Positions 8,772 to 16,078 of a DNA stretch of 32,606 bases are shown here, piece after piece (position 1 is the first letter of the stretch; every line of letters starts with the position of its first letter). The translations under genes and the position numbers were made by a program. The DNA is taken from assembly GCA_964416865.1 (NCBI GenBank), contig CAYQFP010000002.1:2010-34615 (forward strand), given 5' to 3'. The stretch is from an uncultured Methanotrichaceae archaeon. Lineage in GTDB: Archaea; Halobacteriota; Methanosarcinia; Methanotrichales; Methanotrichaceae. The notes below the pieces were generated by a model, which had not been told where the DNA came from, made no database searches, and worked only from the letters and a program-made list of their open reading frames with translations.

Positions 8772-8878
8772 TTTACCACCACTTGCGGCGTACTCGTGGT
8801 CCCGCCGATTTAACTTTATCTGCTCGGATCCTCCGACAGGCCGACAACTCTATAATACCTTCGCTAATATTAACAGTG

Positions 8879-9904
8879 ATGATCCAGCTACTTGATACCA
8901 CCGCGCTCCGGGTGGAATATGACGAAGACCAAAGAGCGCTCCAGGCAAGTGGCGCTCTAGCGCTGCTGGTTCAACCGGCTTTGAACAAGATGACACGGTG
9001 GCTGGCCGAGGAGAAGCCGGCACTGGTCAGAGAAAATGACATAATCGCCTCCACCTGGCTTCCGCCAATCCCCAGCGGTCCCTTCAAGAGGCTGATCCTT
9101 AGCGAAGCCAGGATAGCCATCGGCCGCTTCGTGCCTCAGACGGTGAGCATAGAGGTAACCAAAAAAGGAGATCGTTATCCCGAGACGGAGAGCGATGGTG
9201 AGCTGGGAAAAGAAGATATCATCAAGGTCATCGACCAGGCCCTCGATATGGGAACCTGCATAATAACCTTCTGCGAGGGGGACCCTCTTCTAAGAGAAGA
9301 TGTGCTCGACCTAATCCGGCACGTAGATCCAAAAAAGGCGGTGGTGAACGTCTTCACCCGTGGTCTGGCCATGACTCCCGAGATGGCGCGGAACCTGAAA
9401 GCTGCTGGTCTTTACAACCTTCTCGTTGGCGTCTACAGTGTAGAGCCACCTCATCACGATCAGGTTCGGGGCATGGCCGGGGCTCACCAAAAGGCGATAG
9501 AGGCCATAAAGATGGGGCTGGACGCCGGCCTTCTGGTAACCATGTCCACCCATGTGGTAGGAGGACAGGTCCCCCAGATCCTCGACCTCTACGACTATGC
9601 TGCAGAGCTGGGAGTCCACGAGTTCTCCATATGGGAAGGCGTTCCCAATACACCTCAAGAGGTCCTAACTCAGATCGATAAGGAGAAGATCGTCAGGTTC
9701 TATAAGAATATCAACAGAACCTCCGGTGGGCCGAGAGTCTTCGCTAACACTTACTTCGAGGGAGAGATGGTGGGTCCCCTGGCAGGACGCCGGTGGCTTC
9801 ACGTGGACGCTGACGGGAACGTTAGACCTTCCCCATATGTACAGGAGAGCTACGGCAACGTCCAGGACGACTCCCTCATGGATGCCTGGAGCAGGATGAG
9901 ATGA
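8879..9904 (+). CDS. Radical-SAM/SPASM-like protein lacking the CxxxCxxC motif and all auxiliary-cluster cysteines (pseudo-rSAM)
   Basis: The core resembles rSAM maturases: VSIEVT..., ITFCEGDPLLREDVLDLI (in place of GGEPLL), VYSVEPPHHDQVRGMAGAHQKAIEAIKMGLDAGL, and a C-terminal GRRWLHVDADGNVRPSPYVQESYGNV (SPASM-like, with Cys replaced by Ser or Tyr). Only 2 Cys occur in the whole protein. I take ATG 8879 as the start rather than the track's 8783. Confidence 0.7.
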   Translation: MIQLLDTTALRVEYDEDQRALQASGALALLVQPALNKMTRWLAEEKPALVRENDIIASTWLPPIPSGPFKRLILSEARIAIGRFVPQTVSIEVTKKGDRYPETESDGELGKEDIIKVIDQALDMGTCIITFCEGDPLLREDVLDLIRHVDPKKAVVNVFTRGLAMTPEMARNLKAAGLYNLLVGVYSVEPPHHDQVRGMAGAHQKAIEAIKMGLDAGLLVTMSTHVVGGQVPQILDLYDYAAELGVHEFSIWEGVPNTPQEVLTQIDKEKIVRFYKNINRTSGGPRVFANTYFEGEMVGPLAGRRWLHVDADGNVRPSPYVQESYGNVQDDSLMDAWSRMR

Positions 9905-10046
9905 TCCAGAGTTCAGTTCAGGACAAATGGATCGTCGTCCCAGACCCGATCTAACAATGTCATGCTCGAACACCCCCTGTTCCATGAACCCTAGGGACGG
10001 GATGGAAAAATTATTAGTACTGACATGGTTATAGCCTGCCAAGAGG

Positions 10047-10688
10047 ATGGAAATGGACATCATCAAAGCTATCAGGATGAACTTGACGAGCTGGATGAGG
10101 TGGGTCTTTAGGAAGAAGAAGGCCAGGATAGGCATATACGGTCCACCCAACGCTGGCAAGACCACACTGGCAAACAGGATATTAATGGACTGGTGTGGAG
10201 AAGAGATGGGAAGCGTCTCGGAGATACCTCATGAAACCAGAAAGGCCACACGAAGGGATGGTGTTCTCATAAACTCCAACAGCGCCTCCATCGAGCTGGA
10301 TATCGTAGACACCCCGGGGATGGCGACAAAGATCGATTTCAAGGAGTTCATGTCCCATGGGATGGACGAGGCCGATTCAAAGAGGCGGGCCAAGGAGGCT
10401 ACAGAAGGTGTGATCGAGGCCATCAAGTGGCTGGATAACCTGGACGGCATTCTTCTGGTCATGGATGCAACCGAAGATCCGTATACCCAGGTGAACGTCA
10501 CCGTTATCGGGAACATGGAAGCCAGAAAGCTGCCTCTCCTGGTGGTGGCCAACAAGGTAGACCTACCAACATCGTCGCCTACCAGGATCAAGGCCGCTTT
10601 CCCGCAGCATCCGGTGGTTACCATCTCTGCGTTGGATGGCAAGAACATCGATGAGCTTTATCGGACAATAGCAAACCACTTCGGGTGA
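10047..10688 (+). CDS. Small GTP-binding protein (Era/EngB-like archaeal GTPase)
   Basis: 213 aa. G1 GPPNAGKT, G3 DTPG, G4 NKVD, G5 SAL. ATG 10053 is an equally possible start. Confidence 0.85.
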   Translation: MEMDIIKAIRMNLTSWMRWVFRKKKARIGIYGPPNAGKTTLANRILMDWCGEEMGSVSEIPHETRKATRRDGVLINSNSASIELDIVDTPGMATKIDFKEFMSHGMDEADSKRRAKEATEGVIEAIKWLDNLDGILLVMDATEDPYTQVNVTVIGNMEARKLPLLVVANKVDLPTSSPTRIKAAFPQHPVVTISALDGKNIDELYRTIANHFG

Positions 10689-10692
10689 GACC

Positions 10693-11061
10693 ATGCAGGA
10701 AGTACAGATGGACATGATCTCCAAGGATAAGCTCGAGAACATGTCGTCGAGGGACAAGATCCGGTTCATACTGGACAAAGTGAAGATAGGCAGGATAGTG
10801 GTGCTGGAGAAAGGACTGACTCCCAAGGAAGAGGCGAGTCTGATAGAAGTGACCATGACCGAGATCGCGGCGGACAAGTTCTCCGGGATAGAGATAGAGA
10901 CCTACCCCATCAAGAACGAAGGTTCCTTCATCGACAGGATACGCGGAAAGACGGCAGACAAGCGCAGGTTGACGGTGATCGGACCGGCCGACCAGCTCAG
11001 GACCGTGGAGAAAGGCCAGTACCAGATTAGCACCAAGGTTTCGATCGGAGACGATATATAA
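10693..11061 (+). CDS. Conserved archaeal protein (DUF2073-like) coupled to the GTPase
   Basis: 122-aa ORF starting 4 nt after the GTPase stop. The family name is from memory. Confidence 0.65.
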   Translation: MQEVQMDMISKDKLENMSSRDKIRFILDKVKIGRIVVLEKGLTPKEEASLIEVTMTEIAADKFSGIEIETYPIKNEGSFIDRIRGKTADKRRLTVIGPADQLRTVEKGQYQISTKVSIGDDI

Positions 11062-11567
11062 TGCCCCACATGTGCACCCGCTGCAATAACGTCTTCGACG
11101 ACGGGGTCGACGTCTTGACGGGCTGCCCAATATGTGGCTGGAAGAAGTTTCTCTTTGTGAGATCGAAAGGCGATATAATAAAGGTCAAGGAAAGGCTTAG
11201 AGCACCAAAGAGCGAAGAGCCGTCCGGTGCCTGGCCCGAGAAGGATGATTCGCTCAGCCGGATATTGAAAGCCGCTTCGACCAAGAAGGCAGACCGCGGC
11301 GATGATGAGCGCCTAATTAGCAGAGAGCAGAGGATACTCTCGGCCTCGGAAAAAAACAAACAATCCAAGCCTCGTCCAAGAGATCTCCCGTTGGAGAAGC
11401 CTAAGAGAGAAGATGAGACGGTGGAGAGCATCCGGATGCCCGAACCCGGATCCTACGAGCTTAACCTGGCCACACTATTCGAACGTGAAGAGCTGGTGAT
11501 GTCCGTGGATAACGGAACCTATCTGATCGATCTATCCTCCGCGTTTAAGAAGATCAAAAAGGATTGA
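11061..11567 (+). CDS. Zinc-ribbon protein (DUF2072 / COG3364-like) with an acidic/basic low-complexity middle
   Basis: 168 aa. The N-terminus CTRCNNVF...CPICGW is a CxxC...CxxC ribbon. Its start codon shares one nucleotide with the upstream TAA (tataATGcc). Confidence 0.7.
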   Translation: MPHMCTRCNNVFDDGVDVLTGCPICGWKKFLFVRSKGDIIKVKERLRAPKSEEPSGAWPEKDDSLSRILKAASTKKADRGDDERLISREQRILSASEKNKQSKPRPRDLPLEKPKREDETVESIRMPEPGSYELNLATLFEREELVMSVDNGTYLIDLSSAFKKIKKD

Positions 11568-11771
11568 TTATCCGGTGGTCTCGTCGTTCTCCACCTCAAC
11601 TACAATCTTCTTCCATGTGGGATCTACACCGCGCATGGACTCGGCTATGCCCGAGATCACCTTCCCCATGAGTCTCTGCGAGAAGCTATTGAGGGGGATG
11701 GGCTTCTCATCGACCAGAAGTATCGCCTTCAGATGCCTACACCACCCGCTTATCCTTATTTATCTTATATT

Positions 11772-12176
11772 CTAAGATACCGAACCAAGCGTCTGAGAGA
11801 TCATTATCGTCGGCGTGGCTAAGGTCAGGTTGCCTACGGCGATGGGGGGTGTATAGACGATGGTGCGAGACGATGTCACGTTACTAACTGATATCGAGAA
11901 GCTCGGTGTGTAGGTTATGGGTGCCGGACCGCTCAGCAACATGGTTTCCATCAGGGGCATCGTCTCAAAAGTGCCGAAAGACCTGCCGAGCACCCTCACA
12001 TCGACCGCATCTAAGTCCACGTTTGCAGCCATAGGCGTATATTTTATCACCACGGTTTCTAGATCGGATACAACCACTTTCTTCTTGCCGATCGTACTCA
12101 GATCTATGGCGTCGTCAGCAACAGCCGTGCTTATCAGAAGAAGAGAAGCGACAGCAAGCATCAAAATCGTTTTCAT
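11772..12176 (-). CDS. Secreted hypothetical protein (signal peptide plus a Thr/Ser/Val-rich beta-type domain)
   Basis: I chose the start at ATG 12176 (MKTILMLAVASLLLISTAVA) because a GGAGG box lies 6-11 nt upstream. The track ORF extends to 12224. Confidence 0.6.
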   Translation of the reverse strand: MKTILMLAVASLLLISTAVADDAIDLSTIGKKKVVVSDLETVVIKYTPMAANVDLDAVDVRVLGRSFGTFETMPLMETMLLSGPAPITYTPSFSISVSNVTSSRTIVYTPPIAVGNLTLATPTIMISQTLGSVS

Positions 12177-12259
12177 ATATAACCTCCTATACTCCTTTGT
12201 CACAACCTTTCGAGGTTTTACCATTTATTCCTTTTGATAAGAAGGGGTACGAATATTTG

Positions 12260-12291
12260 ATAGATACATCGCCATATGGCGATGTATCTAT
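12260..12291. promoter_or_regulatory. Perfect 32-bp palindrome, the likely ArsR-type operator in the divergent promoter region
   Basis: atagatacatcgccat|atggcgatgtatctat. I checked base by base that it equals its own reverse complement. It lies 24 nt upstream of the ArsR ATG at 12315. Confidence 0.55.
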
Positions 12292-12314
12292 ATAGACAGA
12301 GATCGATTTCGGGG

Positions 12315-12614
12315 ATGATGAGGCGATCAGCCACGGACCGGCGCACCAAGATCCTCAGCGCCCTATCGGATCCCACCAGACTGGAGATCATAGGGTTCCT
12401 GGGCGAAGAAGAGCGGTGCGTATGTGAGATACTTCCGGCCTTCGACAAAGCACAGTCGACCATCTCTAAGCATCTGAGCCTCCTCTACGAGGCCGGCATC
12501 CTGGACAGAAGGATCGATGGTCAGCGGACCCTCTATCGGGTTGGAACTCCCAGAGTATTCTCGCTGCTATGGGAAGTCGACGCTCTGGCTCTGGAACACA
12601 TCGCGGAGATATAA
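12315..12614 (+). CDS. ArsR/SmtB-family metal-sensing transcriptional repressor
   Basis: Winged-HTH signature LSDPTRLEIIGFL....CVCEI......QSTISKHLSLLYEAGIL. The ERCVCEI motif corresponds to the As(III)/metal-binding CVC site of ArsR. The alternative ATG at 12276 sits at the palindrome centre. Confidence 0.85.
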   Translation: MMRRSATDRRTKILSALSDPTRLEIIGFLGEEERCVCEILPAFDKAQSTISKHLSLLYEAGILDRRIDGQRTLYRVGTPRVFSLLWEVDALALEHIAEI

Positions 12615-12705
12615 AAAAACCAAAAAAGTTCTGGAGACCTCGGTCAGATATCTGGGCGGCAGGACGATTGATGATGATAATAAAATCAAAATGTAGTTGA
12701 TATAT

Positions 12706-13533
12706 ATGGATCTCATAACTGGAATCGCTCTTCTGATCTTGACGGGGATCGCGGTAGGCTTTGCAGGTGGACTCTTAGGCGTTGGCGGCTGCTTCATCAT
12801 GACCCCCGTCCAGATATGGGTGTTCACCTCCCTGGGGGTGCCCCTGGACATCGCTGTGAAACAGGCCTTCGGCACAAACCTGCTGGTCGTATTGCCCACG
12901 GCGATGAGCAGCGCATGGGGACACAGCAAGAGAGACGTTGTTCTGTGGCGGGTAGGAGTCACCCTGGGTGTGGTCGGCGCCGTGGGCGCGGTCATCGGCG
13001 CTACCATAGCTGCCCAGCTCCCGGGTGCCGTGCTCAAGACTCTCTTTGGTGTGGCCATCCTGCTCGGCGGCATAAGGATGCTCACCGCCAGGTCGTTGAA
13101 GGTCGAGGAGGAACCGGTAGATAACCCGTTGATTCTGGTTGCGTGGGCGCTTCCCATGGGCGTCATTACCGGGATAATAGGCATCGGCGGTGGCATACTC
13201 ATAATTCCTGTGATGGTCCTGGCGCTGAAGTTCAAGATGCACAATGCTATAGGGACATCGACGGCGATGATGATATTCACAACGATCGGCGGGGTAACAG
13301 GCTACATACTGAACGGGCTTCAGGTTCCCGATCTTCCTGCCTACTCGATCGGCTACGTCAACCTGGCAGCCTTCGCGGCGTTGGCGATGACCAGCATCCC
13401 TATGGCACAGGTGGGTGTGAGAACAGCACACCGACTTCCGGCAGCCAGGCTCAGGAACGTCTTCGTCCTGGTGATGTTCTATGTAGGCCTCAAGATGATC
13501 GGGGTCTTCGCATGGCTGGGGCTGCCGATATGA
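12706..13533 (+). CDS. TauE/SafE (DUF81) family anion exporter, membrane protein
   Basis: About 275 aa. Two homologous halves each carry a G-rich TM motif (GFAGGLLGVGGCFIMTP and ITGIIGIGGGILIIPVM). The track start is TTG 12697, and the first ATG is 12706. Confidence 0.85.
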   Translation: MDLITGIALLILTGIAVGFAGGLLGVGGCFIMTPVQIWVFTSLGVPLDIAVKQAFGTNLLVVLPTAMSSAWGHSKRDVVLWRVGVTLGVVGAVGAVIGATIAAQLPGAVLKTLFGVAILLGGIRMLTARSLKVEEEPVDNPLILVAWALPMGVITGIIGIGGGILIIPVMVLALKFKMHNAIGTSTAMMIFTTIGGVTGYILNGLQVPDLPAYSIGYVNLAAFAALAMTSIPMAQVGVRTAHRLPAARLRNVFVLVMFYVGLKMIGVFAWLGLPI

Positions 13534-13604
13534 CCTTGTCCTATGCTCATTTTTTGTCGAAAAAAAAAAATATATACGCAACAATCGTGGAGGCGAGGGA
13601 TACT

Positions 13605-13826
13605 ATGATGATAATGAGTACAATAAGAACGACGTTTCTGCTCTCACTCCTGGCCATGCTTTTCGTAATGATCGGCAATGTTCTGGGGGGCCAATTGGGC
13701 ATGATCATCGCCCTATTGTTCTCCATGGTGATGATCTGGAGATTCTATTGGCACGCCAAAGAGGTTTCACAGGCCCAGGCTCCTGAACTCTACGCCATGG
13801 TAGGCCGTCTTGCAGAGCGAACGTAA
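13605..13826 (+). pseudogene. HtpX-like (M48) membrane protease, N-terminal remnant only (73 codons, no HEXXH region)
   Basis: MMIMSTIRTTFLLSLLAMLFVMIGNVLGGQLGMIIALLFSMVMIWRFYWHAKEVSQAQAPELYAMVGRLAERT-stop matches the first about 85 residues of archaeal HtpX homologues. It has a short internal gap and ends before the catalytic domain. A GGAGG-like box lies upstream. This is only the 3' part of the track ORF 13143-13826. Confidence 0.5.
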
Positions 13827-14001
13827 AACCCGCCACCGCACACATGTTTATAGTGAACCCGCGGCGAGGACGGATGCTAGCATATATATTCTCCCCCCCT
13901 CGTCCACCGAATAGGGAATAAAGCGGCTCACTGCAATGCAGTGAGCCTCGCCACTACAGGGAAACTGTTATTAAGGGGTGCTCTAATCAGAAGAACTTGC
14001 C

Positions 14002-14076
14002 GGGCCCGTAGCTTAGCATGGTCGGAGCGCACGGCTGATAACCGTGAGGTCACGCGTTCAAATCGCGTCGGGCCCA
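14002..14076 (+). tRNA. tRNA-Ile (anticodon GAT)
   Basis: I folded the cloverleaf by hand. Acceptor GGGCCCG/CGGGCCC. D arm GCTT-AGCATGGTCG-GAGC. Anticodon stem CACGG/CCGTG with loop CTGATAA. Variable AGGTC. T arm ACGCG-TTCAAAT-CGCGT. Discriminator A, and no encoded CCA. Confidence 0.9.
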
Positions 14077-14094
14077 TCAGATCTTTGTCCTGCT

Positions 14095-14550
14095 TTACTT
14101 CTTTGATATATCGCCGATCAGCGTGGTGTTCATCACGTAATCGAAATCGATGGTGTCATACCAGCCTGCCTGTTGCAGTATACCCATGAAGCATACGCCG
14201 ATGAGCGTCTTGTGCCGGATCTTCGCCAGGGTCTCTTTCATCTCCTCGACGCTGACCCCGATCTTGGGCATGGCCAGCCCGCCCAGGATGACCACCACGT
14301 CGGCATCCGGGGAGGTTGTCTCTCCCAGTTCCATCCCGTACTCGGTGGCCACTATCTCTCTGGTCTTGTCCAGGTCCAGGTTTGGGACGAAGGCCAGCTT
14401 CTTGTTCCTCACCGGGAACCCCTGAAAGAGAGCAAATGGTGTACAGAATCCTGGCGTCCCGATGAAGGTCACCGTCTCGTCATCTTTGACCAGGTCTCTG
14501 AACCCGTTCAACATCCCGCCAAGTCCTTTTACGTCCTGTATCTTCTCCAT
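14095..14550 (-). CDS. Conserved methanogen-type protein of unknown function (possibly DUF2124-like)
   Basis: 151 aa from ATG 14550, with GGAGG 7 nt upstream (the track start is GTG 14565). The fold looks Rossmann-like (VVVILGGLAMP). The family name is from memory only. Confidence 0.65.
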   Translation of the reverse strand: MEKIQDVKGLGGMLNGFRDLVKDDETVTFIGTPGFCTPFALFQGFPVRNKKLAFVPNLDLDKTREIVATEYGMELGETTSPDADVVVILGGLAMPKIGVSVEEMKETLAKIRHKTLIGVCFMGILQQAGWYDTIDFDYVMNTTLIGDISKK

Positions 14551-14638
14551 AACAATACCTCCCACATACTAACGCGCCACAGACTTTTAAACTTTCACCA
14601 AACTTAGGTCTAAATAGGTTGGCCACCGATAATGGATC

Positions 14639-16012
14639 ATGACAGATGCCGTCGTGGTGGGAGCAGGCCCAGCAGGCCTCTTCGCGGCACTGGAGCTGGC
14701 CAAGCACGATAAGAGGGTCCTGGTAATAGAGCAGGGGAAAGACGTCTCCCGGCGAATATGCCCCATGAACGAGCTGGGACGGTGCACCCACTGCGATCCC
14801 TGCCAGGTGATGTGCGGGGTGGGCGGCGCAGGTACCTTCTCCGACGGCACCCTCAACCTTCATCCTCTCATAGGTGGCAACCTGGTAAACCTGACAGGGT
14901 CTGCGAAGACCGCCTGGGACCTGATCCAAGAGGTGGACTCAGCCTTCGTAGGCTACGGTGCCACAACAGATGTTCAATCACCATCGTTTGGAGATGTGGA
15001 GGTTCTGGAGAGACGAGCGGCCTCTGCGGGTGCACGCTTCATCAATATCAGACAGCGCCACATAGGATCCGACCGGGCCCCTGCCGTAATAGCCGCCTTC
15101 GAGAAGGACCTGGTGCGGCGAGGGGTCAGGTTTCGGCTGGACTCCAGGGTCGAGGACCTGCTTTTAGAAGACGACCGATGTGCCGGGGTAAGGATGGATG
15201 ACGGCACGGCGATCAGAGCGAAGAAGACTTTACTGGCACCGGGCAGGGTGGGAGCTCCCTGGATCGGCGACCTGATCGACCGCTGGGGCATCGAGGCCAG
15301 CTACGCACCTCTGGACGTAGGCGTGAGGGTAGAGGTGCCGGCGATAATAATGGACCCGATTACCAGGGTGAATAGAGACCCAAAGTTTCACATCACCACT
15401 CCTCGGTACGACGACTTCGTGAGGACCTTCTGCACCAACCCACATGGGTTTGTGGTCAAGGAGGAGTACAAAGACTTCATCGCCACCAACGGTCACTCGC
15501 TGATAGATGTCCGGTCCGAGAATACGAACTTCGCCTTTCTCGTACGGCTGGAGCTGACCCACCCCATGGAGAATACCACCGCCTACGGGATGTCCATAGC
15601 CAGGCTGGCCACTACGATAGGCGGGGGAAAGCCGGTCGTCCAGAGGCTGGGCGACCTCTATAGGGGTCGCAGGTCCACGGGAGATAGGATCGCCAGAAAC
15701 CTGGTGAAAAACACCCTGAAGGAGGTTACCCCCGGAGATATATCCATGGCCCTGCCCCAGCGGATCGTGATGGACGTGATCGAGGGGCTGGAGATCCTGA
15801 ACAAGATCATACCAGGGGTCGACGCCGAGTCCACCCTCCTATACGCGCCGGAGATAAAGTTCTACGCCAGAAAGATCCTGGTAGACGAGATGCTCCAGAC
15901 CAACGTGCCCGATCTCTATGCGGCAGGAGACGGCGCCGGGCTCTCCGGGGGAATAGTTACCGCCGCGGCCACGGGCATCATGGCGGCCAGGGGCATCGGC
16001 TCCGATCTCTGA
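14639..16012 (+). CDS. FAD-dependent oxidoreductase, COG2509-type (NAD(FAD)-utilising dehydrogenase)
   Basis: 457 aa. VVVGAGPAGLFAALELA dinucleotide motif, a Cys cluster CPMNELGRCTHCDPCQVMCGVGGAGTFSDG typical of this family, and a C-terminal LYAAGDGAG. Confidence 0.85.
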   Translation: MTDAVVVGAGPAGLFAALELAKHDKRVLVIEQGKDVSRRICPMNELGRCTHCDPCQVMCGVGGAGTFSDGTLNLHPLIGGNLVNLTGSAKTAWDLIQEVDSAFVGYGATTDVQSPSFGDVEVLERRAASAGARFINIRQRHIGSDRAPAVIAAFEKDLVRRGVRFRLDSRVEDLLLEDDRCAGVRMDDGTAIRAKKTLLAPGRVGAPWIGDLIDRWGIEASYAPLDVGVRVEVPAIIMDPITRVNRDPKFHITTPRYDDFVRTFCTNPHGFVVKEEYKDFIATNGHSLIDVRSENTNFAFLVRLELTHPMENTTAYGMSIARLATTIGGGKPVVQRLGDLYRGRRSTGDRIARNLVKNTLKEVTPGDISMALPQRIVMDVIEGLEILNKIIPGVDAESTLLYAPEIKFYARKILVDEMLQTNVPDLYAAGDGAGLSGGIVTAAATGIMAARGIGSDL

Positions 16013-16078
16013 TCCCGGCCGGGCAGGACCCTTCTAGTTCACAATCTTTATCTGGTTTGAACAAGTCCCTCCACTGTG

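Noticed and set aside
8783-8878. Upstream (TTG) start for the rSAM-like ORF given by the track
   Set aside because: It would begin 12 nt from the divergent argG start, leaving no promoter space. The added 32 residues are not protein-like. ATG 8879 is preceded by a TATA-like ctctataatacc about 20-30 nt upstream.
12276-12314. ATG at 12276 as the ArsR start
   Set aside because: It sits exactly at the centre of the 32-bp palindrome (the presumed operator/promoter). The added MAMYLYRQRSISG is not part of the ArsR fold, so ATG 12315 is preferred.
12567-13584. Two long minus-strand ORFs (237 and 269 aa) and a 102-aa plus-strand ORF overlapping the TauE/SafE gene
   Set aside because: They are shadow frames of a GC-rich membrane-protein gene. 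They are low-complexity and His/Arg/Pro-rich, and no start context or homology is recognisable.
13143-13604. The 5' two-thirds of the 227-aa track ORF 13143-13826
   Set aside because: It is out of frame over the TauE gene and crosses the T6/A11 tract. Only the last 73 codons (from ATG 13605, with an RBS) look like a real protein (HtpX-like).
13827-14095. Integrated element or genomic island at tRNA-Ile
   Set aside because: There is no integrase or recombinase gene. I found no direct repeat of the tRNA 3' half anywhere in the window, and the flanking genes look like ordinary host genes. Only the HtpX remnant hints at past rearrangement.
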